A stretch of DNA of 64,000 bases from a virus. Lineage: Duplodnaviria; Caudoviricetes. A program made the translations under genes and the position numbers. Each line of letters opens with the position of its first letter. Within the stretch, counting starts at the first letter, position 1. Shown here one piece after another: positions 10,567-21,641 of this stretch. Location of the stretch: positions 3,929 to 67,928 of the IMG/VR virus record IMGVR_UViG_3300037337_000106; one strand, given 5' to 3'. The notes below the pieces were generated by a model that was not told the DNA's origin, ran no database searches, and saw only the letters and a list, made by a program, of their open reading frames with translations.

Positions 10567-10881
10567 TTAATTACTATCCGGTAATTCCTTTTCTATATTT
10601 AGTGTCCATATCCTATCGTTAGGTACTATGAATTTTCTATTATGATCGTAAAGAAAAAATGTAGTTTTCCAGATACCCTGTCTGACTATTCTTGCCTTTT
10701 TAATTCCATTTATATAAACGATATCATCCATATTGAAATCACTTCCTGCTAAAAACTGAATACCTAGTAAGATTTTAGATAAAGTGTCCTTCGCTGCTAA
10801 TGTTAATACGGCAACAGCAATTGCCCATCCCCATTCCTGTACAAGTATTGATGTTATTAATGTAATTTCGTTCATATTCAT
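10567..10881 (-). CDS. small membrane protein, MscS-like middle segment
   Basis: TM helix then FNMDDIVYING...IVPN resembling the MscS beta domain. Confidence 0.45.
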   Translation of the reverse strand: MNMNEITLITSILVQEWGWAIAVAVLTLAAKDTLSKILLGIQFLAGSDFNMDDIVYINGIKKARIVRQGIWKTTFFLYDHNRKFIVPNDRIWTLNIEKELPDSN

Positions 10882-11699
10882 ATCCTATCATTCCAATAAT
10901 TTTTATAGTCTTCAAATGATCCTTTGAATTGTCTTATTTTTAATAATCTAGCATCCTCACCCTCACCTGGTTGAATCGGATTAGGGGTAACATTTGGTAA
11001 ATCATTTCTTTTTCCTATTGTCAGAGTTTCATCCATTTGATCAGGTAATACTATATGATCCATTAACCAATCCGCCAATAGTGCACCATATTCTAAATCT
11101 GAAGGAAAATGAAATGCTCCAATATATCTTGAATATGCAACATTAGCTCCTATTTTCTGAAATTTATCTTTTAATTCGGGAAACATTAAGCTTAAAACAT
11201 TTGCTGCTAATTTACCCTGAAGTGCATGTCCACTTGGAAAACTAGGAGACTTAGCAGAGTCCTTTATATCAAATCTTAATGATATGCCTAGCATAGGCGC
11301 TAGCTGATATGGCCTTGGTCTATTATACTTATATTTTAACTTAATTATAATGTCTGTTGCTTCTTCCAGTAGATCGTCAATATATGTTTCTGGAAATATT
11401 AAATATTCTTTTTCGCATAATTTTTTAAATTCTGAAGTAACATCATTGTATTTATTAACATAGTCGATTTGATCCTTTGCAGATTTTTGCTGAATTTCTG
11501 CAGCCATTATTAATAATTCATTCCTTGTATTAATTGAAGAGTTTGATGGATATAAATACACAGGCACACTCCATTCATCTATCTTAATTAAATTAAGAGT
11601 TGCAAGTGAATCTAATTCAAATTGATGTTTCCTTGACGGTACTTCTGTATATTTAAAATTGTCAAGTGAAAATGCATTGTATTTTTTAAATATATCCAT
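10878..11699 (-). CDS. PAP2/haloperoxidase-family phosphatase
   Basis: KYKYNRPRP, SPSFPSGH, SRYIGAFHFPSD. Confidence 0.85.
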   Translation of the reverse strand: MDIFKKYNAFSLDNFKYTEVPSRKHQFELDSLATLNLIKIDEWSVPVYLYPSNSSINTRNELLIMAAEIQQKSAKDQIDYVNKYNDVTSEFKKLCEKEYLIFPETYIDDLLEEATDIIIKLKYKYNRPRPYQLAPMLGISLRFDIKDSAKSPSFPSGHALQGKLAANVLSLMFPELKDKFQKIGANVAYSRYIGAFHFPSDLEYGALLADWLMDHIVLPDQMDETLTIGKRNDLPNVTPNPIQPGEGEDARLLKIRQFKGSFEDYKNYWNDRI

Positions 11700-12146
11700 G
11701 ATTTATATATCTTTTATTTTACTTTCAAAATAACGCTGTCCTAATATTTGGTATGCCTCATATAGTTTCATTGCTGCCTCATCTACTAAACCTCCTATTT
11801 CTTTATCTAGCTTACATACTGGATGTTGGATTAGATGTCTATCGAGCATATCCGACAATACTGAAGCCCTATCCATGGCTTCAAAATAATATTGTTTTTT
11901 TATTTTTGGTTTTTTGCACATGCTAGGCTAATGTTAATTCGAGATTTAATTGAGATACTACTACCTTCCATTCACTAGCATTAATGTTGCATGCACTTTC
12001 ATTGTCTCCATTTATTGCGAATTTGTGAAATAATTCAGCTAATTCAATTGCAGCCATATAATTACCCCTCTTTGACAACATTCCATTATATGGACATGTG
12101 TCTGATGACTTTAACATTAAATCTATTATTACGTGTGTTTCCATAT

Positions 12147-13259
12147 TTAGTTACTTAAGGGTGCTGCTATTGCAGGATGAGAATTATAATTATTAAGTTT
12201 GAATGTAATATCTTTATCTAGTGTGTCTAAAATTTCATCTACACATAGTAAATGCCAATTTTTATTTCCTGAATTTATATTAAGCGTTGGTAATTTAAAA
12301 GGTTCTCTAATTATTTGAGTAACTGCATGTTCTATATGATTTGAATATAGATGAGTATCTCCTAGATTACCAATTAACTCATCTGGAATCATATTAACCA
12401 TTTTGGCAATAATCTCTAATAACAATCCATATGATGCGATGTTAAAAGGAAGACCTAATAGGGTATCAACTGATCTTTGATTCCACATTAATGAAATAGA
12501 TCTTGTAGGCGTAATCTCATAATATTGATTATCGAAATCGGGAATAATATCGTAATTGTGTTCCATTCCTGTTTCATAATTACGAGAAAACCACACATCG
12601 TATCTTTCCTCATATGTTAATTCCTTAGTATACATTTGAAATCCATAATGACAAGGTGGTAATGTCATTAGTGAAAGAGAATTTACATTCCATGCGCTTA
12701 CAATAAGTCTTCTAGAATCAGGATTTGTTCTTAAATCATATATTAATGTTTTAATTTGATCTATAACCTTTTCTCCAATTAAAGTATGTAGTCCATTATG
12801 TCCAAGGGTTGTTATTTCTCCAGTGTTCCATGCTCTCCATTGTTTTCCATAAATAGGACCTAAATCACCAAACAGTGTATTAAAAGAATCATTAGACATG
12901 ATTTCTTTTTCAAATTCATCTATACTGAAAAGATGAGGATATGGTGAACTAAATGCCGGATTTTCTAAATTATAATTATCAACATATACTTTATATGCGT
13001 CGCCAGTCCATATACGGCATTTATTTTCTAGAAGATATCGCAAGTCTGTTCTTCCTTTTAAAAACCAAAGAAGTTCAGTTGTCATTGTTTTAAAAGCAAC
13101 CTTTTTTGTTGTTAAGATTGGAAATCCTTCTGACATTTTATGTCTAATTTGTTTTCCAAATATAGAAGTTGTTCCAGTTCCGGTTCTGTCTTCTTTTTTA
13201 ATTCCATCATTAAGGATTTCTTGTAATAATTCAACGTATTGTGTGTCTAATTTATTCAT
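12147..13259 (-). CDS. thyA: thymidylate synthase
   Basis: EDRTGTGT, LGPIYGKQWR, LPPCH, NQRSVD, PFNIASY, DTHLY. Confidence 0.95.
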   Translation of the reverse strand: MNKLDTQYVELLQEILNDGIKKEDRTGTGTTSIFGKQIRHKMSEGFPILTTKKVAFKTMTTELLWFLKGRTDLRYLLENKCRIWTGDAYKVYVDNYNLENPAFSSPYPHLFSIDEFEKEIMSNDSFNTLFGDLGPIYGKQWRAWNTGEITTLGHNGLHTLIGEKVIDQIKTLIYDLRTNPDSRRLIVSAWNVNSLSLMTLPPCHYGFQMYTKELTYEERYDVWFSRNYETGMEHNYDIIPDFDNQYYEITPTRSISLMWNQRSVDTLLGLPFNIASYGLLLEIIAKMVNMIPDELIGNLGDTHLYSNHIEHAVTQIIREPFKLPTLNINSGNKNWHLLCVDEILDTLDKDITFKLNNYNSHPAIAAPLSN

Positions 13260-13927
13260 TTATTGTAATGTATATTTAATATATTAATGATAAAATCCAA
13301 TCTGTTATTCTAAACCAACACCACCAGTATACAAATGCTAAGGCAAAAAGTGCAGCTGTTTCTAGAAAACCCTTAAAATATTTTATGTTTTTCATAAGTA
13401 TTGGTAAAATGCGTCTTTTGCCTTTTGAAGGTTAGCAGAGTCACCTTCTATAATTGTCATAATAATAAATTCAGCTTCGTCTTCAGTACATTCACATTCT
13501 ATTATTCTAATGTAAGTGTTAATGTCTATTTTAAGCTCTTCTGCAACCAGTGAGTCTATTGCGTCGTATAGTGTTTTCATATATCTTTAGAATAGTCTTC
13601 AAGATTTTTAATTTGTTGTTCTAAGTCATTGACATGCCACTGATAGTCGAATAGTTCTTCGATATCTAAATTTCCTGATTTGTGCGATTTATAAGCCTTT
13701 GCAAGATCTCTTTTTGCATCTTGTAGCATTTTTTCTAAATGATGTTTAGCTTGTTGAATAGAATCCATACTGTAATCTATTTCTACTCTCTTGTTTTTCT
13801 TAAGAACATTTAAATCAAAATTCCAAAATGTTTTAAGAAAACCTTCTAATGTGTGTTTAGAATCGCTCATGATATTTATTATTTTTATAGATATTATATT
13901 TATTATAACATAAATGTTTAAATTATT

Positions 13928-14149
13928 TTATCTATATAACGTTACAAAACTTCCGAAATTTTTGTCAAATACCCGTATTAAATTTTCATAGTCACTTGAC
14001 ATCATTTCAGAAATAATTTCATCACCATCCATTTCTAATTGTTTTGAAAGTCTTCTAGCATATGCCATTAATGCATATGCATTGCCATCTGGACCTGTTA
14101 AATCTATTTCTAGTGTTGTAGCTGTCTTTTTGTTTATTGGCTTTATCAT
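13928..14149 (-). CDS. conserved small phage protein
   Basis: IDLTGPDGNAYALM...MMSSDYENL. Confidence 0.55.
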   Translation of the reverse strand: MIKPINKKTATTLEIDLTGPDGNAYALMAYARRLSKQLEMDGDEIISEMMSSDYENLIRVFDKNFGSFVTLYR

Positions 14150-14437
14150 AATATATTTGTTTTAATTATAAGTAAATATAATCAATATTAGTTTAATATT
14201 GAAATAAATAGTGTTAATGTTTTGTTAATTTTACATTCTTTTCGGGTCACAGTTAATACCTCCAAATAATTTAAAGCTTATTCTATCCCAAATGTTTTCC
14301 AGTAATCTTTTAAAATTTTTCATTGTTATGTTTATTAATTATATTTAAATATAAATAATATATATAACAATTAAAAATTTAAAGTGTTAAATTGCTGTTA
14401 AAGTCTTCATGTCCATTTAATACTGCCTATTATGCAT

Positions 14438-14467
14438 AAAAAAACCCTGTATTAATACAGGGTTTTT
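14438..14467. terminator. intrinsic terminator
   Basis: aaaaaaaccctgtat-ta-atacagggttttt. Confidence 0.75.
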
Positions 14468-14479
14468 GTGTTTTACTCT

Positions 14480-14812
14480 TTAAATGCTTCCAGGATGCAA
14501 TATACTAATTGCATGTGCTACTACAACTGAATCCCTAATTGTAAGAACTCCTGCACTTTGTGCCTGCTGCGCAACTTGAATTAATACATTTACTGCACCT
14601 CCAACATCCATTCCTTTAATTTCTTCAAAGATTGGAGAAATTTCTTTCTGATTGGCATTATTAGTATCGCGTGGTGGCTGACTTTCTGATTGGTTTGAAT
14701 CAGAATCAGGATATTGGTCAGAAAATTGATCAATTTCCGGATATCTCCGGGTATCGGGACGTGAAGTGTGTTGAGAAACTTCAGATTGTTCAGCAATATT
14801 TGATTTTTTCAT
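14480..14812 (-). CDS. hypothetical protein with disordered N-terminus
   Basis: 110-aa ORF downstream of a class II promoter. Confidence 0.5.
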   Translation of the reverse strand: MKKSNIAEQSEVSQHTSRPDTRRYPEIDQFSDQYPDSDSNQSESQPPRDTNNANQKEISPIFEEIKGMDVGGAVNVLIQVAQQAQSAGVLTIRDSVVVAHAISILHPGSI

Positions 14813-14877
14813 AGATATTAATTTTAATTTATGTTAGATTAGATTATTATATAAATTTATTTAAATTTGTTTCAATA

Positions 14878-15774
14878 TTATATTGATTTAAGCATTTTAA
14901 TTAAGTTAGGTTGTGGGCTCATATCTGTTTTATCCTTTCTAGTTGATGTGTGAGTTAACATACCTTTAACCTTTCCTGACCATGCATCTTTACTGAAATC
15001 AAAAGCATCTGCAGGCGTTTTAATAGCTAGCCACTCGATTAGTCCTTTTTTAATATCTATTCCATCTCTTTCCTTTACAAATAGAATTAATTCTTTTAAT
15101 GATTCTATTTGCGCATCTGAATATTTATGGTAAAATTGATATCCTCTGAATTTAAATCCAAGATCGCATACTTGACTTTCATGTACCATTGTGCCACTAT
15201 ATGTTTTATATCCAGTAGATGTGGGTGTCAGTGGACCAAAATTACAAACTTCAACACCTACTGAATTAACATGCATATACTGTGAACCATTGTCACCTAA
15301 ATGCCATGCGTATCCACCATCAGGCATACATTTCACAATAACACCATCATATTTTGTATTTCCATTTCTAACAGATTGACCTCCTATTAAAAATTCAGTA
15401 CCTATTTTTCCTCGTGTGTCATTATTCCATTGATCTACTACTGCAAATGGATTTTCACCACCGGCAGTGTGATGTAAAAACAGGTATTCTGGTAGATGTG
15501 GGCCTGAATTATATTCGTCAGGATCTAAATAAGCTAATTCAAATTGGTTTTCAGTAACCTGTGAATCTAAATGTTTCTCTAAATCCTTTTTAAAAATAGC
15601 AGTTTGAGTCAATGGACCTACCATTCCATCAATATTCATTCCATGAATTCCTTGAAAGTTCTTAACTGCATATTCAGTATTAGGTCCAAAGTTACCATCA
15701 GGCTTTAATCCTAATGCAGCCTGTAGTAGTTTTACATCTTCTCCTTTGTCTCCTCTTTTTAGCAATCTTCTCAT
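14878..15774 (-). CDS. endolysin: peptidoglycan-binding domain plus N-acetylmuramoyl-L-alanine amidase
   Basis: LKRGDKGEDVKLLQ...DGNFGPNTE...DGMVGPLT; LHHTAG; TH...DKTD. Confidence 0.85.
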   Translation of the reverse strand: MRRLLKRGDKGEDVKLLQAALGLKPDGNFGPNTEYAVKNFQGIHGMNIDGMVGPLTQTAIFKKDLEKHLDSQVTENQFELAYLDPDEYNSGPHLPEYLFLHHTAGGENPFAVVDQWNNDTRGKIGTEFLIGGQSVRNGNTKYDGVIVKCMPDGGYAWHLGDNGSQYMHVNSVGVEVCNFGPLTPTSTGYKTYSGTMVHESQVCDLGFKFRGYQFYHKYSDAQIESLKELILFVKERDGIDIKKGLIEWLAIKTPADAFDFSKDAWSGKVKGMLTHTSTRKDKTDMSPQPNLIKMLKSI

Positions 15775-16179
15775 TTTAATATTTTATTTAATTGTTTAAT
15801 ACATTCTTGTATCTGTGTATACATTACATTCATATTCTTATGTTGAAAGGTGCATTTATAAATAACATTATCGGTCATTTTATGCCTTAGTTCACATCGC
15901 AAAGTATACCTTGGTATTTTTTTAAGTAAAGGTTGTAAGTGAATAATATCCCATATTTGTTTTCTAGCTAACCCTGTAAATCCACACTCTGTTTTAATAT
16001 AAGCAATTAGGCTATAATCTAAAGAATCTATTGTTGCGAAATTTTCTACTTCTTTAATATTATTTGTTATTAAATATAACCTATATGCAGTGTGATGATC
16101 TGACTTTAATATGGTTGGTATACTGCTTGATTCTAATTTTTTATTAATATAAGGTGAGGGAATCTTCATTTATTATAGA

Positions 16180-16890
16180 TTAATCATTATTTTGATTATT
16201 ATTATCTAATGTCGGTGCAATATCTGTTCTATATGGATATAAAGGGCCTTTCTTGTCAATTATTTGTTTTGATTTATTAATTGAATTTGATACTCCATCT
16301 TCAGTTGCTTTTTTTTCAACGGACACTGTCTTTAATTCTATATTATCATCTGTTGAAATTACATCATATTCAAACAAATCCTTCTCTTCCTTTATATCCT
16401 TTGTATGTAGAGAATATTCAAATGAATCCTCTTTTTCAATTATAGATTCTGGCCTAATATAGTCAACTAATGATTTAATAAATCCAAGTGCCACTAATGG
16501 CAATATCGCTCCAGATACTGCAGCTAATATTCTTTTCTGTGCAATAGGTTCCCACTCTACTAAATCAAATAATTCTATCCATCCCTTAAAATCAGAGATA
16601 TGTGAGTATGCATAGTACATATTTCCTTGCATTTGAACGAGTGTAATTGTAATGAATAATGACCAGATTAGAGTTTTGTTCATTTTTTCTAATATAATAA
16701 GAGCTGCGAGAGAAGCAGCAGCTCCTAATTCAAATCCTATTGCTAATGTGATAGCTAACCAATCAGGATTTGATAATTTAAAAAAATCTACAACGTGAAT
16801 CGTAGAAACAATACTCGTGAGTAAATATAAACCAACAAATGTACATATTATAAATATATTTGTAATTTTATTCTTTGATGTTTTCATCAT
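16180..16890 (-). CDS. multi-pass membrane protein in the lysis region
   Basis: Four hydrophobic helices. Confidence 0.55.
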   Translation of the reverse strand: MMKTSKNKITNIFIICTFVGLYLLTSIVSTIHVVDFFKLSNPDWLAITLAIGFELGAAASLAALIILEKMNKTLIWSLFITITLVQMQGNMYYAYSHISDFKGWIELFDLVEWEPIAQKRILAAVSGAILPLVALGFIKSLVDYIRPESIIEKEDSFEYSLHTKDIKEEKDLFEYDVISTDDNIELKTVSVEKKATEDGVSNSINKSKQIIDKKGPLYPYRTDIAPTLDNNNQNND

Positions 16891-17082
16891 TGTTTTTATA
16901 AAATATTTTGTTAATTAATAGATCTGGATTATTTAATCTTTCTTCTCTAGCCTTACATCCACAATCACTGGCGCCAGTTGCCTTTGCAATTCTTTGAGCT
17001 AATTGATCAAGTCTAAGAGCTCTAGCTGCCTTTGCTATATCACTACCAACACCATATATCTGTTTATTTTTTTCAATAGCCA

Positions 17083-17373
17083 TTACTTAATAGATTCTAA
17101 TTCCTTTATTTCTTTTTCGATTTGATTCTGTCGCTGAACATCTAGCATTTTTCTGTCAGTTGCCTGTATCATTCTTTTTTCAATCTTAAGTCCTTCTGTT
17201 TTAAGATCAAGTTTTGTTGGTAATTTAACAATAAGTTCTGTATTTGATTTACTTTGTTTTTTAAGAGTATCAATTGAGAATCCTATTCCACATGATTTAA
17301 ATAGTATTAATATCAGTAAAATCGTAACTACCTTTATGCCGTGTTTTGTAAAAAAATCATTTAATGTATTCAT
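17083..17373 (-). CDS. membrane-anchored coiled-coil protein (spanin-like candidate)
   Basis: TM helix ending in FKSCG, then coiled coil. Confidence 0.4.
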   Translation of the reverse strand: MNTLNDFFTKHGIKVVTILLILILFKSCGIGFSIDTLKKQSKSNTELIVKLPTKLDLKTEGLKIEKRMIQATDRKMLDVQRQNQIEKEIKELESIK

Positions 17374-17401
17374 AGTAAAAATTATTTTAATTAGATATTA
17401 T

Positions 17402-18487
17402 TTATCTATTGTTTATTTCGTTAATTTTTTCAGGTGTTAACATCTTTAGAAACTCAACAAACAATTTAATAGCAGTTTCAACGTCTTTCTTATGAGCTGA
17501 TTCCACTGTAGTATGCATATATCGTAATGGAGTTGCAATTATAGCGGTAGGTGTATTTTCCATAAAAAAGGACATAGTATCATTTCCCATCGATCCTACT
17601 GTTAATTGTAGAGGCATTTTATGTATATCTGTAATTTTCCTTAACATTTTGTTTATTTTTCTATGATTTTGTGCAGTATATTGTAAACAAGGACCTCTTC
17701 CTGCCTTAGTATCACCATTAATTGCAGTAGACATTTCAGGTGTATCAGTTGCATGACATACATCATGAACTATTGCAATATCGGCATTTAATTTCTTTGC
17801 AATTAATGCAGCTCCATGTAATCCTACTTCTTCTTGTACTGAGTTAACAACATATAAATCATATGGAAGATTTATACCTTCTTTTATTATCAACCTGAGT
17901 GCCTCTGCTATAATATATCCTCCTATCTTATTGTCAAGCGATCTTCCAACATAAAAATCACCTATTTCTTCTAATTGAGTATCAAATGTTATTAGATTTC
18001 CAACCTCTACACCAGCAGCTAGTACCTTCTTTTTATTTTTAAGTCCCATATCAACCCATAATTCATGTTGAGAAAATCCAAGTGATGTTGTATGTTCCCT
18101 CGTATGAATAGCAGGCCATCCAAAAACTCCCCTAAGTTTTTTACCATCATGTGTATGTATCATTACAGTTTTAGAAGGTGCAATCATATTATCAGAACCA
18201 CCATGTCGTTGAACTCTAATCATTCCACTAGATTCAATTGATGTGATTATCCATGCAATCTCATCACAATGTGCCTCAATAACAACCTTTTGAATATTAG
18301 ATAAAATCCTATCACCTGATGCTGTTTTTTTCTTTAGAATTCCATATGTTGTTCCATATGCATCGGTGTTAATTTCATCAACCATTGGACGCACATAATC
18401 TGTCCATATATTCTGTCCTTCCGTTTCCTGACCTACTGGTGAAAACGCGTTAAGGTATTCGTGTAGAAATTTTTCGTTATTTTTCAT
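17402..18487 (-). CDS. M42-family metallo-aminopeptidase
   Basis: AHCDEI, LDNKIG, QEEVGLHGA, RYMHT. Confidence 0.9.
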   Translation of the reverse strand: MKNNEKFLHEYLNAFSPVGQETEGQNIWTDYVRPMVDEINTDAYGTTYGILKKKTASGDRILSNIQKVVIEAHCDEIAWIITSIESSGMIRVQRHGGSDNMIAPSKTVMIHTHDGKKLRGVFGWPAIHTREHTTSLGFSQHELWVDMGLKNKKKVLAAGVEVGNLITFDTQLEEIGDFYVGRSLDNKIGGYIIAEALRLIIKEGINLPYDLYVVNSVQEEVGLHGAALIAKKLNADIAIVHDVCHATDTPEMSTAINGDTKAGRGPCLQYTAQNHRKINKMLRKITDIHKMPLQLTVGSMGNDTMSFFMENTPTAIIATPLRYMHTTVESAHKKDVETAIKLFVEFLKMLTPEKINEINNR

Positions 18488-19229
18488 CTGTATATTGATT
18501 TAATCTTTTGATAAATTCTCTATAGTAATATTTAATGTCGGTTTGTGTTAGCGTAAATATCTGTGGTTTATCTTCAGTTTCTGATGCAATCCAAACCTCA
18601 CATCCAGTAGGAACTATTCCTGTACGTTCCCAAAATGCAATAGCATATCCAGCTACTTGTATAAAATAATCCTGAATCCATTCATCTTTTTTAGGTCTTC
18701 TGGAATTCTTATAATCTATGATTAATATTTTACCATCATATAACTGCGATACATTGTCCAATGTACCTGCATATCCTTTGCTTGACCATATAAATTTTTC
18801 TGAAGCTAGTACTGTTTGAATTCTATCGAAAAATAAATCATGATGCATCCAGAATTTTAAAAACATTTCCCAACCTGCTGTTAACCACGTGCCTTCATGT
18901 TCATTCTCGTTAAATTGGTTGATTTCTTTATCACTGCCTGATATGTATATTAGCCTTGATAGTCTTTCACAAGGGGTGCCTTGTATTAACTTGTACAACT
19001 CAATTAATCGGTGCATTATAGTTCCTCTATTTCCTGATAGATTCGTAATCCTATCAGCTTCTTCATGTCCTATTTTGTTTCTCCACTCATCAATTCCAGT
19101 ATCGTCTCTTGTATTTCCAAGAACAGTTGTCATAGATGGAAATGTCCCAATTATAATATCATTAACAGTTACTTGATAGTGACGTTTTCCGTCAACGTCT
19201 ACCCTTACAATAGATTCTGTATTATTCAT
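18477..19229 (-). CDS. PD-(D/E)XK exonuclease (Cas4/RecB-like)
   Basis: PSMTTVL, RGTIMH, AGTLD, IIDYKNS, QVAGYA. Confidence 0.85.
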   Translation of the reverse strand: MNNTESIVRVDVDGKRHYQVTVNDIIIGTFPSMTTVLGNTRDDTGIDEWRNKIGHEEADRITNLSGNRGTIMHRLIELYKLIQGTPCERLSRLIYISGSDKEINQFNENEHEGTWLTAGWEMFLKFWMHHDLFFDRIQTVLASEKFIWSSKGYAGTLDNVSQLYDGKILIIDYKNSRRPKKDEWIQDYFIQVAGYAIAFWERTGIVPTGCEVWIASETEDKPQIFTLTQTDIKYYYREFIKRLNQYTDEK

Positions 19230-19233
19230 CTTT

Positions 19234-19656
19234 TTAGATTATGTTAAAGATATAATTTAAAAATATTAATCCACCTGAGAACATTCCTAGTACTAGTAAA
19301 TTTCGAAAAAATGCTTCAATATTAAAATAATCATTTTCAGGATAAAGAACTACTAAAAACTGTTCGGTTCCTTTTATTTTACTTATTTCAGGAAATGACA
19401 AGTCAGATAATCCATATTTTATAAGAAGGTCATTTACAGGTGCCAATTGCTGAAAAACTATAGATTGCTGAACCAATTCAGGTTGATTCATGAACTCTTC
19501 TTTAATTGACATTACTCCATATATTCTTCCAATCCAATCAACACGAAGATTTGCAGCATTTAACTCCTTTTCAATACCCTTTACTGCGTTAAAGTACTTT
19601 CTAGATATATAAGCCTCTTTAATAAAGTAAGGCCAAAATAATAACGTATCTTTCAT
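19234..19656 (-). CDS. hypothetical membrane-anchored protein
   Basis: LRVDWIGRIY; C-terminal TM helix. Confidence 0.5.
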   Translation of the reverse strand: MKDTLLFWPYFIKEAYISRKYFNAVKGIEKELNAANLRVDWIGRIYGVMSIKEEFMNQPELVQQSIVFQQLAPVNDLLIKYGLSDLSFPEISKIKGTEQFLVVLYPENDYFNIEAFFRNLLVLGMFSGGLIFLNYIFNII

Positions 19657-19703
19657 TTTTTATTGTATTTATATATTATATGGATAATTTATAGTATGTT
19701 TCA

Positions 19704-20237
19704 TCATTTATATAGGATTTTTATGATACTGGCTTCAACTTTACCTTGTTCATCGAATGCTTCTTTCTCCCATACCCTACTATAATAATCTGGAAAGTAT
19801 TCAAAATCATAAAAAATCTTTTTATATCTAACTCCGTTTAATTCTACTATTAATTCTTTTGAAAGATATTGTCTAAGATGAATTAATTCATGTGCTAGGA
19901 TTTCAATAGATTCTCTTCTGTTAGTTTTTTTTATGTGAATAACGTACTGTCCATTTTTTGTCTGATAGATTAATCCCTTTAATTCAAATCCATCAATTTG
20001 GTCAGATGTTAATGGAAAAACAGCAACCTTTACACTATCTATTTTCATAGAATTTAGACCTGCTAATACAATGGTATCTAAAAAGCTGTTTTTAGTCCTG
20101 TTGATTACTACATTTTTCTCGGTAAATGCAACCTTTTTAAAAGTTATTTCGGGTTGTTTGTTTATTAAAAAATATATTAATATAATTAAAATTAATCCAA
20201 AAATGATTTGAATCCAGATGTGCATTCTTTTTTTCAT
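19704..20237 (-). CDS. membrane-anchored zincin metallopeptidase
   Basis: N-terminal TM; LAHELIHLRQ; WEKEA. Confidence 0.7.
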   Translation of the reverse strand: MKKRMHIWIQIIFGLILIILIYFLINKQPEITFKKVAFTEKNVVINRTKNSFLDTIVLAGLNSMKIDSVKVAVFPLTSDQIDGFELKGLIYQTKNGQYVIHIKKTNRRESIEILAHELIHLRQYLSKELIVELNGVRYKKIFYDFEYFPDYYSRVWEKEAFDEQGKVEASIIKILYK

Positions 20238-20276
20238 GATATCTTTAACCTTTTATTTTAGATTATATATTTAATA

Positions 20277-20304
20277 AAAAAGAGGGTCACCTATGGCACC
20301 CTCT
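20277..20304 (-). terminator. intrinsic terminator
   Basis: AGAGGGT...ACCCTCT-TTTT on the minus strand. Confidence 0.7.
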
Positions 20305-20511
20305 ATGATAGTTTTGTAATAAATTACTGGTTTCGAATTATTTAATGTCTTGTTCTGAAAGACTTCAATGACTGTTTCATCATCACCGCACGATACTATT
20401 TATACCATAACGCGAATAGGTTTTAAGCAATATATTTTACAGGATATCTTTTGTTTGATATAAGTTCAAGTTGGGTTAAGTTGCTGAACGTATCCTTTAA
20501 AAATAATATTT

Positions 20512-20688
20512 TTATGCCTTTTTGGATTCAGATACATTAACCCTAACATCCTGTGCAAGTGTCTTAATAGTCTGCATTGCCTTTCTGACACGTGTTCCTG
20601 CAGCTCCGTTCCCTTTTGCTTCAAACTTAGCTGCATCTTCTCTGATTGAATCAACTGCTTCTGTAATCTGATTTAATAATTCTTCCAT
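20512..20688 (-). CDS. histone H1-like protein Hc1 family (not in ORF track)
   Basis: Manual translation MEELLNQITEAVDSIREDAAKFEAKGNGAAGTRVRKAMQTIKTLAQDVRVNVSESKKA; GNxAAGTRxRK signature. Confidence 0.85.
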   Translation of the reverse strand: MEELLNQITEAVDSIREDAAKFEAKGNGAAGTRVRKAMQTIKTLAQDVRVNVSESKKA

Positions 20689-21641
20689 ATCTAATTTGTT
20701 TTAATTTAATATTTATATAGATATTACTGAAAATGTTTCAGATAATAATTATTTATTTTTTAAGATTTACAAAACTTCCATTCAATTCAATGGCAATAAT
20801 ATGTGCACATCCACCTTGAGTTAGTTTAGTAATGTATGCCTCTGGATAGTGTATGTTATCATACACTCTAATTTCGTTTAAATAATGTACCTTTACAACA
20901 TTGTTTGTTTTTTTAAATGACAAGTTGTTAGCTCTAGTTACTGACTTAACTTCATTTTTTTGATTTTGCATTTTTATATATTTAATGATTTAATAACAAT
21001 CTCTAACATATTAGATTCTCTTTTAAATATTCTTTCCTCTGAAATTGCTCTGTCTTTTTCCATTGCTACGTGTATTTTTTTAATAATAATAGCATGTACT
21101 TTTAAGTGTAGATTTTTTGCAATAGAAAAAACAGAATTAGTAACCTGTATTCCGTTAACATTAACCATTACATCATATCTTAATGGAAGATTTGAAATGT
21201 AATACTTATCGGTCAATGGAGTCATTTCTATTTTAGTGTCTTTGTGTTTTAAAAGACTGTCTATTATCTCAACGAATTGAGATTCCTGTGAAGTAGGTTC
21301 ATACATAAAGAACCTATTTTTTATTTTTTTAAACATTTTTTTTTATATTTAAGCTTGTTCTAATTCTATCTAGTAATCTTTGTATGTCATCTTCATTATT
21401 GATTGACCACCCTTTAGTCTTTAATACAAAAAATGCACCGTTGTCATGATCTATTCCAAGGCTTGATTCACAATTGATGGTTAATTTTTCATAACCATCA
21501 CCATCTGAAACACAATTCGAAGATTGAGTAAATTCATATGTCGCTCTATCTAATTCGGGTTCTTTTTCCATTTTATTTAGTTTTATATGTAAATATAAGC
21601 AATAAACTCTACATTAAAAAATATAGAGTGTTAATGTTTTG

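Noticed and set aside
20466-20654. 62-aa track ORF
   Set aside because: The overlapping frame 20512-20688 gives a recognisable Hc1 protein with an ATG start.
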